The position numbers were made by a program, and so were the translations under genes. DNA of 63,478 nt, the filler included, from Octopus bimaculoides (taxonomy: Eukaryota): NCBI RefSeq assembly GCF_001194135.2. It is 5 parts of 5 records of this genome, joined end to end, with 100 filler letters (N's around TTAATTAATTAA, not from the genome) between each part and the next. Parts side by side here need not be neighbours in the genome. Positions count along the whole stretch, not along the records: positions 18,133 to 38,066 come from NC_068988.1; positions 38,167 to 55,921 come from NC_068985.1; 3 more parts are not named here. One strand, given 5' to 3'. Each line of letters begins with the position of its first letter. Position 1 is the first letter of the stretch. Under the pieces are notes generated by a model, which searched no databases, was not told the DNA's origin, and saw only the letters and a program-made list of their open reading frames with translations. Shown piece after piece: positions 37,953 through 51,500 of the stretch.

Positions 37953-38024
37953 CCTTGTTTCTGACGAAGAGCTCCGCTCGAAACGCCATACTCTCTCTCT
38001 TTCCTTTCCCGAGCGTCTAGCAAT
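37953..38024 (+). ncRNA. Type I hammerhead ribozyme-like motif (Penelope-like element associated)
   Basis: CTGACGA (37961-67), stem II GAGC/GCTC, GAAAC (37980-84), stem III ACGC/GCGT, cleavage triplet GTC (38015-17), imperfect stem I. Confidence 0.6.
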
Positions 38025-38066
38025 ACTATCTGCATCACGTCCTCACGTTGTTGTTTTTTGTTATTG

Positions 38067-38166
38067 NNNNNNNNNNNNNNNNNNNNNNNNNNNNNNNNNN
38101 NNNNNNNNNNTTAATTAATTAANNNNNNNNNNNNNNNNNNNNNNNNNNNNNNNNNNNNNNNNNNNN
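38067..38166. other. Artificial scaffold join 2
   Basis: 44 N + TTAATTAATTAA (38111-38122) + 44 N. Confidence 0.95.
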
Positions 38167-40384
38167 TATATGTATGTATATATGTATTTATTATACATGA
38201 TATACATAGATAAATATGTGTGTGTGTGTGTGTGTGTACATACATGTGTAAGTGTGTTTGTGTTTATTCCCCTAATACCTGACAACTATTGTTGATTTGT
38301 TTACATCACCATAAGTTAGCATTTTGTCAAAAAGAAACAAGAAGGACTGGACTTAAAATATAAATTCAGGGGTTGATTCCTTTGAATAATCTCTTGAAAA
38401 CAGTGCCCACTTATAATCACATTCCAACAACTAAAACAAGTAAAAAATAAAATGATATAACTTATTCTGCTAAACATTCCATTTATCAGTATTTGGTAAG
38501 ATATTGCAAAGAAAGGTTTTATCGAAGATGTAAAATTCACATCTTCCCTCTGCATAAACTAATTCAAATTTGTGAACTAGTTTAGTAGTACAGAGTATAG
38601 CTTTTTGTATAATACAATGGTTATTTGCATTTGTTTCCAATTTTGAATCAGTTTATCTACTGATGTCTAAGACATAATTAATATGATTTATGCTTGAGAG
38701 CCATTGTGTATAGATAAGTGTCTAAAAAGTTAAAAGCTGTGATGCAATTTTATTTGAATTGGCTTGAAATAATCCTGCTTTTTCTCATAGCTTCAAGATT
38801 TCAATGATGTGATTGTATATTTTTAGAATGACATTGTATGGTAGGTGTGAGAATCTGAATATGGCTGGTTTGAACATAAAACAAGTAGAACATATGAACC
38901 TGATGTGGCCAGTTTAAATGCTAAAGGATTAACTATTCTTTGTCTTCAAACTTACAATCTGGATAGTTTGCAGAGAGAGATGGTCTCTGATTGACTAATT
39001 TTTCCTTAAAACTATACAAAAATACAAAGGTTTCTTCGATGACCAATTATTTCCTTTTGAATGTAGCTACTATCCTCAAATTTCTGTCTGGTAGAATACT
39101 AACATTAGTTTAACATTCACCAAGAATTATGGCTTTCTCTTTGGAAGCCAGACTTCTGACTCAGTTTTGATCCTTGACAGTGCAGTCTTATTATTTCACT
39201 TACATTGCCAATATATTGAAAAACTCATGAATATCATGCAATCTCATTTTCTTTTCTTCCTATACATCTGAAGCCTTGTGTCTATGTAAGAAATCAATAT
39301 CATCTGTTTTTTTTTTGTTTTTATATATGTATTTTAGCAAAAGAAAGATAGCAATAAGAGACTTATAATGATCATGTTAATACCGTCTAAAAATATAGAA
39401 GTTTAATTCACAATTGATATTTTTGGTTTCTCAAAATTATAAGAAATATTCATGATGAAAAAATGTTGGAACTAACTATAGGAAAAAAACAAAAAAAAAA
39501 TTAAATTTTTCTCTTTTTACATTTGTCGAAATGAATTTTATCATCTAAAATTTATTGTAATTATAACTTTCTTTTCTCTCATAACAGTGTATTTATGGAG
39601 CATTTGGAATATATATGTATAACAGTGATTTGTTTGATAGAGAAAAAAAAAAAGAATTATTATATCTTATTGATTGATTATTTGATTATTGATAGAGATA
39701 GAATCTCAGCAACTGCATAAAAATATGGAAAAATATTCAGAACTTAATTCTGAATATATTTTCTTCATAGTAAAATAAAGATGAAGATGATGATATTGCT
39801 GCTGCTGCTACTATAAATGATGATGATGATGATGATGATGATGGTGATGGTGATGATGGTGGTGTTGTTGTTGGTGGCGGTGGTGATGGTGATGGTGATG
39901 ATAATTATGATGATGATGATTTTTAACATAGGGACATGACCACAAATTTTGGGGACAAAGAGAATCCTAGATTACATTGACTCCAGCAATAGACGTAATT
40001 ATTTTCTGAACCCCAGAAGAAGGAAAGGCAATGTTAACTTCAGAAAGATTGGAACTCAGAAAAAGGAGGACATAATTAAAATGCTACAAGGCATTCAGTA
40101 TGTTGCCTTGTTGATTCAGCCATTATAAGAATGATATCCAATGTTTGAGACAAGATCCCAAAGACAAAATTTGATTCCAAGCTGACTAGAATTGATTTGA
40201 TCAACTTCAGAAGCATGAAAGGCAAAGTTAACATGGATGGAGTTTGAACTCAAAATTCAAAAGACATATAGCTAAATAGTGCAAAAGAGCAGTTAGAATG
40301 AGTAGGATACTGACTACTTATTTCTGAATATATATATATATATGATGCTACCATTGGTTAGATGGTTCAACAGGATTTGACAAA

Positions 40385-40560
40385 TCAGAGGGCTACATCA
40401 GGCTTCAGTGTCTGCTTTGGCAAGGTTTCTATGGCTGGATAGCTTTCTAAAGTCAACCATTCTATAGAGTATACAAAGTGGGTTTTTTTTTCGTGTGTGT
40501 GGCACCAGCACTGGTGAGGTCACCAAATAACTCACAAAACAAAACCCATTGACAGAGTTG
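40385..40560 (-). mobile_element. Interspersed repeat family E copy, diverged
   Basis: GGTTTCTATGGCTGGATAGCTTTCTAAAGTCAACCA is the reverse complement of the TGGCATTAGGAAGGGCATCCAGCTGTAGAAACC motif. Confidence 0.55.
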
Positions 40561-41250
40561 GGGTGCAGTATTAAAGGAGGTAGCTTTGTGCCAGTTGTTG
40601 AAAAGTTAACCCATTACCTACCAGTGATTTCATATGAGATCACTTAAAAATTACAAATTTCGTAATTATCTGTCAATATTTACACATATCTAACCTTTTT
40701 GCTATATCTACTAGGTATATTTCTCTGATATTCAAATTAGGTTTGCTAATTTTTCACCCAATATCTCACTTATTTCTATTTAAAATGTTATTTTAAAATN
40801 NNNNNNNNNNNNNNNNNNNNNNNNNNNNNNNNNNNNNNNNNNNNNNNNNNNNNNNNNNNNNNNNNNNNNNNNNNNNNNNNNNNNNNNNNNNNNNNNNNNN
40901 NNNNNNNNNNNNNNNNNNNNNNNNNNNNNNNNNNNNNNNNNNNNNNNNNNNNNNNNNNNNNNNNNNNNNNNNNNNNNNNNNNNNNNNNNNNNNNNNNNNN
41001 NNNNNNNNNNNNNNNNNNNNNNNNNNNNNNNNNNNNNNNNNNNNNNNNNNNNNNNNNNNNNNNNNNNNNNNNNNNNNNNNCCTACATTTGCTCTGTAGCT
41101 TAACTGGTAAGTATGCTAGTTAATTAACAACTATACAAAAATCACATTGAATTATAAAAATCTACATAGCTCTAACCATAACAGTAGCAGTTGTACATCT
41201 ACTTGTACTCATAATTTTCTACTTTATCTATCTATCTATCCATCCATGTG

Positions 41251-41331
<81 letters not shown>

Positions 41332-42549
41332 ATATATATTAAATAATATATTTCTCTATACACTATCATACAAACCCCTTTTTTTTACTTTTTTTATTTT
41401 ATTTTATTTTTATATATATATATATATACATACACACACACACACACACACACATACAGATAGATAGATAAATAGGAAAATAAGCAGTGTAGGTTCATTT
41501 TTCACATGTATTAATATCCATTTTTTTCTCTTGAGGGCTTATATGCCCCAATATTTGATTATTTTTATATAGTCAATATATGATGAACACTTATATATCT
41601 GTTGTCAATTAAATTTTCTAGTATTCAATCATGAAGCAAGTAAAACACATTCAACAGGCTTCTGTACAGTCTCTATCTCCCAAATTGTGCTCACAAGGTA
41701 TCAGCTTACTTGAGGCAATGATAGAAGATAGTTATTTAATGTGCTGCACAATAGAATTATATCCTAATCCACATAGTTGTGAAGTGAGCTTCTTGATTGG
41801 TAGAAATTGCTGAACTGTTATTAGTTTTGTCTCTTTCTTTGCATCTTGAGTTCAAATCTTCCCTGGATTCATTTTGTATTTTAACTTTAAACTGAAAGCA
41901 ATATTTATTTTGCCAAACATACTTTACAATATTCATCATATTGTAGTTATGATTATTGGTTTCCTTAATGTAACACGCATTAAATTTTTATCAGTCATAC
42001 CTTTCTCAAGAACAGTAGCTGTTTAAGTGAAGTGAATCTACTTCTACAAATTGAAACTGTGCTACTTGCTCTACAACGCTACCCACATTTTAGTTACACA
42101 CATTTTTCTGATTATCTTTGTTTAGCTTAACAAGATAAGCAATAGAAAGGTGTGTAGATCTTAACTGGTAAATGCTGAATTTGTTTTCTAATTTTACTTT
42201 TCAAGTTTTAAGTCTGTTCTTTTATCTCATTTTCTTTTTTGAAAATAACAGTAAATAATTCATGTGAATTAACATTCTGAACTGATTTCTAAGTTCAAAT
42301 CCCATCACCTATAGGTAGATTGTTCAGCATTTAACTAAGGAGCATAATAGTAGTACTAACACTTGTTTCAATACATTTAGCTGAAAATATATTGTCCCCT
42401 AATAGAATGAAGGAATCTCTATATAATTACTGCACTAACTACAAATAACTACCATACTGCCTTTACATCACATCTTAAAAAAGAAAAGAGCCCAGTGATA
42501 ATGTAGCCAGATTCATGCCATTTGAATTAAAATAGAATATCCACTCTTT

Positions 42550-43091
42550 CTAGCAGTCAAGCATCCATCATTGACAAGACCAAGGAAGGTCGAAATTACA
42601 TGATCTGATGATCTTGGTGCTGGAGGTGGTGGGGAATTATCTCCCCACTAGCAATATAAATAAGAGTGCATTTTGCACTAAAAGCCAATATGAGAGTTTC
42701 TCTCATGGTATGTATCTACCATAGTATAGTTTGTTCGAACAGAACATCTACCTGTCTACCTCTCAGTATTAATACTGCCTCTGTTGCAAATATATATTTT
42801 TTAACAAGCTCACTGGCTAATTCTGATGCCAGCGACTGTTCTAGCACTAATTTTTCTATATATCATTGATGGGGGTATGAGTCACTGCTATCTCTAGTGG
42901 TCAAGCGTCCATCATTGACAAAACCAAAGAAGGTTGAAATCACATGATCTGGTGGTCTTGGTACTGGAGGTGGGAGGGATCTAGCTCTCTACTAGCCACA
43001 TAAACAAGAGTTCATTTTACACCTTAAGCCAATATGAGAGTTTCTCTCATGATATCTACCACAGTATAGTTTGTTCTCACAGAACATCCAC
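42550..43091. repeat. Diverged direct duplication of a ~200-bp unit (42550-42751 and 42894-43091)
   Basis: Colinear shared blocks CATCCATCATTGACAA, ACATGATCTG, GCCAATATGAGAGTTTCTCTCATG and AGTATAGTTTGTTC...CAGAACATC; about 80% identical by eye. Confidence 0.85.
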
Positions 43092-45339
43092 ATTTAAGTG
43101 GGGATAAATATTTCCTCTAAAATAGAATGGGCAAAGCTGGAAAACTGTTGGTTTTATGAGTGTCTAATAGGATAGAACCTTGGCTAAATAACTATTACAA
43201 CTTATACATCTTCATTTTACTGTTAACTGGTATTAAGAGAAATAGCTAAATAACTACCTATATACTATCAATCATTAAACTTTTACAACAATATTTGACT
43301 TCGTATAATTATCAAAATATATATGAATATATAAATATACAGCAGTAAAGAGAAAGAACAACTATTTTTCTCATGCTATATATGTAAAGAATGTCTCTTT
43401 CTCACAGTTCTTTTTTTGTTATATTCTGTTAGAAATAAAACAAAGGAACATCTCATGCATCAATTTTAAGTAACCATTTCTTGTTACATAATATTGTTTA
43501 GGTGGTAATAGCATAATAGAAATGATTTAAATGGGGTGTTAATGCTGGTGTTTTGCTTTTTTATTTTAAATTTCCATTAGTTGGTCTTTGTTGGCTAGAG
43601 AAATAATTCTAAAATGAGATGTGTATGGTTGAAAATGAAAGGAACTGGAGAAGATCCTTGGGAGATTATTATGAAAAGTGAGAGAGATGATATTACAGTT
43701 CATTAACCAAATACAATGACATCAGCTAACTGGTTATAACTTTGTCAATGTGCTTCTATGCAACTTACGTAAGGTGTTCAAAGCTAGAGCTTGCAAGCTT
43801 GACTACGGCACCAGACCAATCTAAACTTGCTTAGTCATAGTAGTAGGAAATCTTCCATGAAATCTTTAGAGGATGACTCACAGCAATTGGTAATTAGTAA
43901 TTGCTTAAATAGCATTTAACAATTTAACAGATTCTCTCTTTTGGATCTGCTAAATTAGAAAAAAATGTAGGAAATTTTCTAATTTTATAGATGGTAATCA
44001 TCTTGGGTTTTTTTTTATGTCACTTCGGAATACAAATTTTTTATTGATGACCAAGAATAATCATTTATATGAGTTTGTGTATGTGTTTCTACTTGTTTGT
44101 ATGTGCATTTCAGATGGGTGGGATGTATGTATTAATTAAATATCAAATCCATAATATAGTTCTACATTATGTGTCTGTCTATAATCTTGTGTATTCGGTG
44201 TAATCTGCAGTGAGGTTCCTTCCATCAAAACTTTTTATAATTTTGAATTATGTCAGTCACGATATCTCCTCAAATAAAAGATGAGATAATGAAATATAAC
44301 TGCACAAAAATCATATACTTTAAATGTATTAGAAATAAAAACATTGGACAAACCCTTTCCTTTCCTGCTAATCCACTGACTATACTCTCCTTTTTATTCA
44401 TTTTCTTGTATCTTGAAGGTACATCCTAGCACTCTGTTACCAGCATCTTTATCATCCTTGCTGCAACTCTCATCTACCCTCATAGAATGCAGTGGGGGCC
44501 AGGTATTTCTTCTATAGCAAGACATCTGTGCTTGTCTCTCTATTGCATTTAGCCTGCAAAACCTGGCATAATGCTACCTCCTCCTCTCTCTGATGTACTC
44601 CCATTCCCGTAGGGGGGCTTTTTCCTTTCTTTTCATTGCTTTGCAACTTACTTGATGATTTCATTAGTGTTGGTGTCACAAAAAATGCACTGGTTATGCA
44701 CTGCCAAGCAGTTGGTGCTAGGAAGTGCATCCAGCCATAGAAACCATGCAAAAACTGATATTGGAGTCCAACATAGCCCTGTGGCTTGTTAAATTGTTCA
44801 AATCATCCCAGCATGGACAAAATGCCCATATGAGAAAACCTTCTGCACCAGTTGCTACTGCAGCATTTACAGAACCAAATGATGTATCTAAATTATGTAA
44901 AATGGTGCATCACATGAGGAACAGTGTGGGGGATATAACAACAATTTATATGGAAGAAATTGCCTATAATGTGCTTAGGAAAATGAAGGTGTAAAGTTGC
45001 ATACATATATTTGTATATATATTAAAAATGCATGCATGTCATAGGGGATCTAACATCTATGTGTGTATATCTAAGAACATATGTATCTATATTCATTGGT
45101 ATAAATGACTGCTTACTGTGCATGTATATTAATATTTATGTGGTGAGAAAGGATCTACAAACGTAGGAACTCACAGTGGATATGACAGGGGACTGAGCTC
45201 CTGGCAGTTTGTTGTGCCTGAAAAGACATATCAAGCTAAGTAAAAGCATGGTTGTCTTGCATACAGGCTCATCCCTTGCTATCCTCTTCAGTTGAGCATC
45301 CCTAATCTTGCAGGTTCATAAGTGCAGGTACCACATCAA

Positions 45340-45545
45340 AAGCATCCATGCTGATGCTGCATAAAAGCACCCAGTACACTCAGTAAAGTGGTTGCTGCTA
45401 GGAAGGGCATCCAGCCACAGAAACCATGCCAAAACAGACGTGGAGCCTGAACAGCCCTTCAGCTGGTCAGCTCCTGTCAAACCGTCCAACCCATGCCAGC
45501 ATGGAAAACAGACACTAAACGATGATGATGATGATGATGATGATG
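45340..45545 (+). mobile_element. Family E repeat (SINE-like 3' part ending in (GAT)n); further copies at 44690-44830 and 55121-55314
   Basis: AAAAGCACCCA...AGGAAGGGCATCCAGCC...AACCCATGCCAGCATGGAAAA...ACGATGATGATG. Confidence 0.75.
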
Positions 45546-46471
45546 TATGAGTGAGTGACTATATATATCCACTCAGAAAGCCTTCTTGATCTGAGGCTAT
45601 AATAGAGGGTGCTTGTCAAAGTGCCACACAATGGGGTCGAACCTGAAACCACATATATGTGAAGTAAGATATTCTTCATCTTGCATTTAATTCAGAAAGA
45701 ATTTTTGCTTATTCATTTGTATATTATTGACCAAGTATATTGTAGAGTTGTAAACTTCTTGCGTTTGATAAATTTCAAGTATTCTTATATGAAAAGCAAT
45801 TTCTTTAAATAGCTAGATATATTTGATATGAAGATTTCATCTCTTATCGAGCCCTTTAATAGTCTTATATAAATATGTAGTTATATATACCTTCTTTTCT
45901 TTACTCAACATTCTTACTGCTTAAGTAAATAGCCTTTTCCATGCAGAGCTTTATATATTACAAGTACCTACTTTTGCTTTAGGATTATATCATTAAAAAC
46001 TTTGATTATATTTACAGCAAATTTATTCCATGCTTACGCTATTTGCTCTTGGAATTTATCCTTTTTACTTTTATTATCATTGAAAAACTTGATACAACTC
46101 ACAGTTTGTTCTTTGGCAAAATAAATATTGATTTATAAGTATGAACAAAAGCAATATGAGATTCAATTGTTGCAGAAATGCTCTCAAATCTCTGCACCAT
46201 GGGCAGAAACAAAAGTAAGAGTTGTGTGTGAAATTTTATTAGAAGTGTTATGGTTTGTAAATGATATTAACTAATCAATGGAAACCTGTACATGGTTTCA
46301 ATAACGGTCTTGCTTTTCCCTGTAGGTGACAGAAGCTGTATTATCAGCCTCTTTAATTGAACTCAGCTTATTAGCTTTGCTTATTTACACTCTTTTTCCC
46401 CTCAGCCCCATCTCTCACACTCACATTCTACATCTCCCCATATACTTGTCATTTCACATATATGGATTTTA

Positions 46472-46506
<35 letters not shown>

Positions 46507-47157
46507 TGTAATTGTTGTTGTTTTTTATTACTGTTATCATTATTGTTGCTAATATAGTTACTGTTTCAGAAAAGGTTATTAATCTTTCATTATAGATTTC
46601 TTCATTATATTTTTAATGACAGATTTTTTTTAAAAATTATTTTTATTTCTTATGTAAGAGAAAAAAAGTGTCTAGAAATTCTGATTGGTGATGCAAATGT
46701 AAAAATTACAAACATGAAGAAGAAATAAACAAATTTTTTTTAGAGCAAATGTTCCAACATTTTCTCAGTGACACACTCTTTACTAAACTTCCAGCAAGCC
46801 AATATGACAAAAAAAAAAAATAAAACAATGAAAGAAAAAGAAAAAATGATAAATTATTGAAAAGAATTCATGGAATAAATAAGGACCCAGTATTCAATTG
46901 AGGATCCTCAATTAAAGATTGTCTCATTGTTTCTAAGGAGAAATAGATTAGTTGCAGAGGTAAGGCATTCTTAGGTATTAATTTCAAATCTGTTGTGCAT
47001 AATTCATAGTTCGTTTGAACTGAGCATTAGCCATACTTTCTTCTTCTTGGAATCAGAATTAGGTTGTTTGGAAATGTTACTGGAAAACTGCGTGGTATCC
47101 TACACAGCAGCAGATGTATTTCTGATCTGTTTAGCATTAATATTGCTTTCAAATTTT

Positions 47158-47358
47158 GGCATAAGGCCAGCAATTTGTTGGGGAGGAGTAAGTTGTTTAC
47201 ATCAACCCCAGTGATCAACTGATACTCATTTTATCAACCCTGAAAGGATGAAAGGTAAAGTCGACCTCAGTGGAATTTGAACTCAGTTTGTAAAGACAGA
47301 TGAAATGACACTAAATATTTTACCCAGCGTGCTAACAATTCTGCCAGCTCACTGCCTT
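47158..47358 (-). mobile_element. SINE family D copy with systematic CpG decay
   Basis: Colinear with the young copies at 35158-35904, but most CG sites read TG or CA. Confidence 0.85.
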
Positions 47359-47391
47359 TGCTTATCCTTTATATTAATATTACTGTGTGTT

Positions 47392-47421
<30 letters not shown>

Positions 47422-47426
<5 letters not shown>

Positions 47427-47555
47427 GTAAAGATATGTGACACTTATTCGGTAGCCATGATAAAACTCCGAGTTTCGGATGTCGGGGTGGGAGCCCACGC
47501 CAACATCTCTTCAGTTATCTGGCTACCGAATAAGTGTCACATATTTTTACAGATA
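47422..47555. mobile_element. Fold-back/MITE-like element with 36-bp inverted repeats, in a (TA)n tract
   Basis: 47422-47457 and 47520-47555 are reverse complements with one mismatch; internal hairpins; CpGs intact. Confidence 0.75.
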
Positions 47556-48504
47556 AATTCCTCTATCTACATGATATTGAGGTCTCTTTCTTTCTTTTGT
47601 TGTCCTTCCTATCAATAGATATATATTTTTATATATAGGTCCTTCACTGGCTAGGATAGACCATGCATTTGCATTTGTATGAGTAGGCTTGCACAAGATT
47701 TATTTATTTTGTAAAAGACTGGCAGTTACCCATGCACGCAAGTTTCCCTTCACCATGATGCCAATGCTTGGCATCAGTATTGTTGCAGGCATTATTATCA
47801 GAATGCAAAGAATTGAATTGGATACTAAGAAACATCTTGCTTGACACTCTAAATTCTGCCAATTCACCATACAAGATTGATGCTTTCTTATTGACTCCAA
47901 AATGATGAAATACAAAGTTTTCCTGTTTTGGTTTTAATCAATCATTTGAAAATATGACTGCTATAGTATATATATCAATCATGTATCATATATGGTATAT
48001 AAATATGAAATAGAAATATAAGTTAAGATATATTGATTTATTTTTAAAAATTGAAGAGTGGATATGTATAAACAACCTCCATGCATGACTGGTAGTTATT
48101 TTATTGTCACCTGGGAAAAGAAATGGAAATTTAGCTATGGTGAGTGTATAAATTTAGAACAAGGGAGTAACTGATTAAATGTCTTCTGTTATGTGTTTAA
48201 TTTGGTATTCTACGGATCCTGCTACTTTACTTGTTTATATTTGAAATGAAGCTACATTAATTACATAAGATAGATAACAGTAGCTTATTGAAGAATGTAA
48301 ATTTTGGGGCTACGAGGAGTGATATAGTGACATAATTTTACAGCATCGTTACAGTTCATTAAATAAAGTCAGAAAAAGAGCAATCAATGTATACATACAT
48401 AAATAAATACTTACATAATACATGCATAAAAACAAGTTTTTGTCATTTTGTTAGTGACCAGCTTGAACTCCATTAAAAAAATTTTAATAAATCTCAAAGC
48501 AAAC

Positions 48505-48535
<31 letters not shown>

Positions 48536-51500
48536 TATTGACACATATACATGCACACCCATAAAATAAGTGACAGACATATATACTTATACAAATGTAT
48601 ATATGTCCATCTTTTATACATTTATATACTGATATGGACATATATTAAGATTTGCATGTCATGAAATGGTATCTGGGATTGTGTTCTGCGCATAAATTTT
48701 ATTGAAATGCAAAAAGAAATGAAGTGAATTGTGTTTTTATTTCAACTAAAATTATAATGAATTAAAATGGAATAAAATACATTGTTAGAAATTCTTTTGA
48801 ACTTCAATGTGTAAAGTTATGCTAAAACATTTATTTTGACAAATATATCTGATTAAAAACACATTATTGCAGTTTGTTTAAAAAATATGATTGCTTGATT
48901 ATTTAAGGCTATTTTTGGATAGGTCTGCTTTTGTAGATATACTCCCCTATGGTATGGAATTGCACATTAATTCAACTTCATCAGAGCATTAAAGGTCTTT
49001 TTGAAATTAGTTGCCCGCAAGATAATTAAAGGACATAATCATAAAGTGAATGTTTGTGATACATGATAATATAGTAAATTGAAACTCATCTAAATATCTT
49101 TTTCTTTTTTATTTCTTTTTGTTTTGTTGGCAGTGTTGGTGGTGTGTGGTGGTAATTTTCACTGAAAAATGAAAACAAAATTAAGCTAAATTTTGAAGAA
49201 AATACACAAATAAATAAATATTAAAAAAATTTTAAAAAGCATGAAGTAGTGTTCTTGATCCCATAAATTAGGAAAAGAACTATATACATATATATATGTA
49301 TATATATTGTGAAAGGAAAAAATGGTTTTGTAGCACATATGTTGATATGAATAAAAATCAAATGGTGAACAAAATAAAAGGCTGGACATATAGTAAAGAA
49401 AAGAATGGTTTGGAGAAACAATAGCCAGAGCTATCTGATTGACAACAGGATGAATAGAAGGGGAAAGTAAGAATTAAATCCCCATTAGATGCAGTGATGT
49501 AAATTATAGCAAGGACTTTGCATAAATTAAATCTCTGAATTTAACTCCTCTTGCAACACAAGGAAAAGTAAGAGGAAGGAATAACAGCATGTCTTTCCTT
49601 CTTTCTTTGTGTGCGTATGTGTGTGTACATGCACATGTGTGTGTGTGTATATATATATATATAGACACATATATGTATATGCATTCATATATATACATAT
49701 ATGTATATGTATGCATATATATATATATATTTTTATAATGCCCAATGGATTAAGAAAATGTCTAAATCAGTGCTGAGCAATAGGTTTTGAAGCTGGTGCT
49801 ATTCCTGATTACCATAGCTACCAATTAATGCCAATATTCTTCGTCGGTGGTATGGATTGTACTACTGCTCCCTCATTCCTCTCACACACATACTAATTGG
49901 TATTCGACTAGATCTAAAAACACAGCCAGAGTGTAACAAAGAACAAGAGTCTTTAAATCACTATTAGAATTCAATCAAATTAATATTTTTAAAAGCATCA
50001 AAAACATGGATTTTAAATAATTTAAAATTTCAAAGGAGATGTGAGAAAATTTGGCTGAATTTTGCATATTTGAAATCCATAAAAAAATACTATTTTTCTT
50101 TTTTGGCTTCTAATACAAATTAAAAATGATGTAATCTACTGAGCTTCTAAATGAATCACTGCCTTAGATTTTTGAAGGATTCTGCTTGTGCTTTGTGCTT
50201 CGGTGAACAAAGAAAAAACTTTGGCACTGAAGAAATACTCCTATCCGCAACAATGGGGTCATTTCACACAAGGTTATCTCCTGTCTGAAGTGTGGAATGA
50301 GAAAAGATTTGTGGGTAAGGAGGTTTACAGATCAAAGTCAATTTTTGACTAGCTGTTAAAAAAAAAAATTAAAGCATGAGTATTGATTGTTATTTTGGTA
50401 CCATTTAGATGATTTTAAAAAAATTGAGTGCCATAAAAGAAATTCAGTGTTTTGTGTCAATACTATATAAAGGAGCAAATATTTTATGCAGGTGCCAATT
50501 AAATAAGCACTTTATTGATACACCCTTATGTGTGTGTGTGTATGTGTGTATGTGTGTGTGTGTGTGTGTGTGTGTAGAGTTAGTGCATAATTATTTATAT
50601 ATAAGTATGATATAATTCATATGCAATTTATGTAAAAACCATGTACATAAGTCTGATTTATGCAAGTACTAGGTTGATTTAAGAATTTTTTAATGAAGAA
50701 CCAGTTTGTAAGTTGTCAATTAGTTTTCTTGAAGCATAGAATGATAGAAGCCACAACAATGCAGGTTAAAAAGAAAAATAAATTCATTTATTATATTGGT
50801 TTTTGTAAGTCCTAATATGGAATGAAAAAAATATAATAAGAAATAGGAATTTAAGTATAAAAAATACTTCAAGCTGTTATAATGTGTAGACACACATGAT
50901 GTAGCTTGAAATGGATATGACCAGTTAAATTACAATTTTTAAAAAATATATTAATACTCGCCCAAGGAGTCAGTATAAGATTTTTTTTTCAAGTATAAGT
51001 TTCAGTGAAATAATAGACAACACAGAAAAAGTGATAAAATATATTAAAAACATTTGAAATAGCTTTTCAGCATGAAAAAATATTGGTATAAGATAACCAA
51101 TGAAAAGACTTTTCGATGTAGTGAATTAATTCCAAAGCTTGACAAAACAGATATTGAAAAATAGTGTGTATAATGCAATAGAGGAGTTTGTTATTAAGAA
51201 AGACTAATACCTTATGTAATATGCAATATGCTTCTCATGGTGTAAATAAATTTAAGAAAATTTTAATAACTATTTGTCTGAGATTAGTTGTTGCTATAGT
51301 AGTAGTATACATTGATTAGACAATTACTGTTTCAGTACGTCTGTAAGATGTGCATACCTGAAACACATATTAGGAAGCATATATGAAGTAAAATAACCCA
51401 CTACAAATAAATCTCAAATAAAACATAATATATAAAGAAAGCATAAAATAATTTAGTCCTTAAAATACTAAAAGTCATGGCTAGAACACCTTTGATCATA

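Noticed and set aside
49830-49919. ANILRRWYGLYYCSLIPLTHILIGIRLDLK resembles the Rac/Rho segment [29 protein letters not shown] in spacing
   Set aside because: The centre is dissimilar, the G4 lysine is absent and no flanking G-box motifs are present; probably coincidence. A frameshift-aware blastx would settle it.
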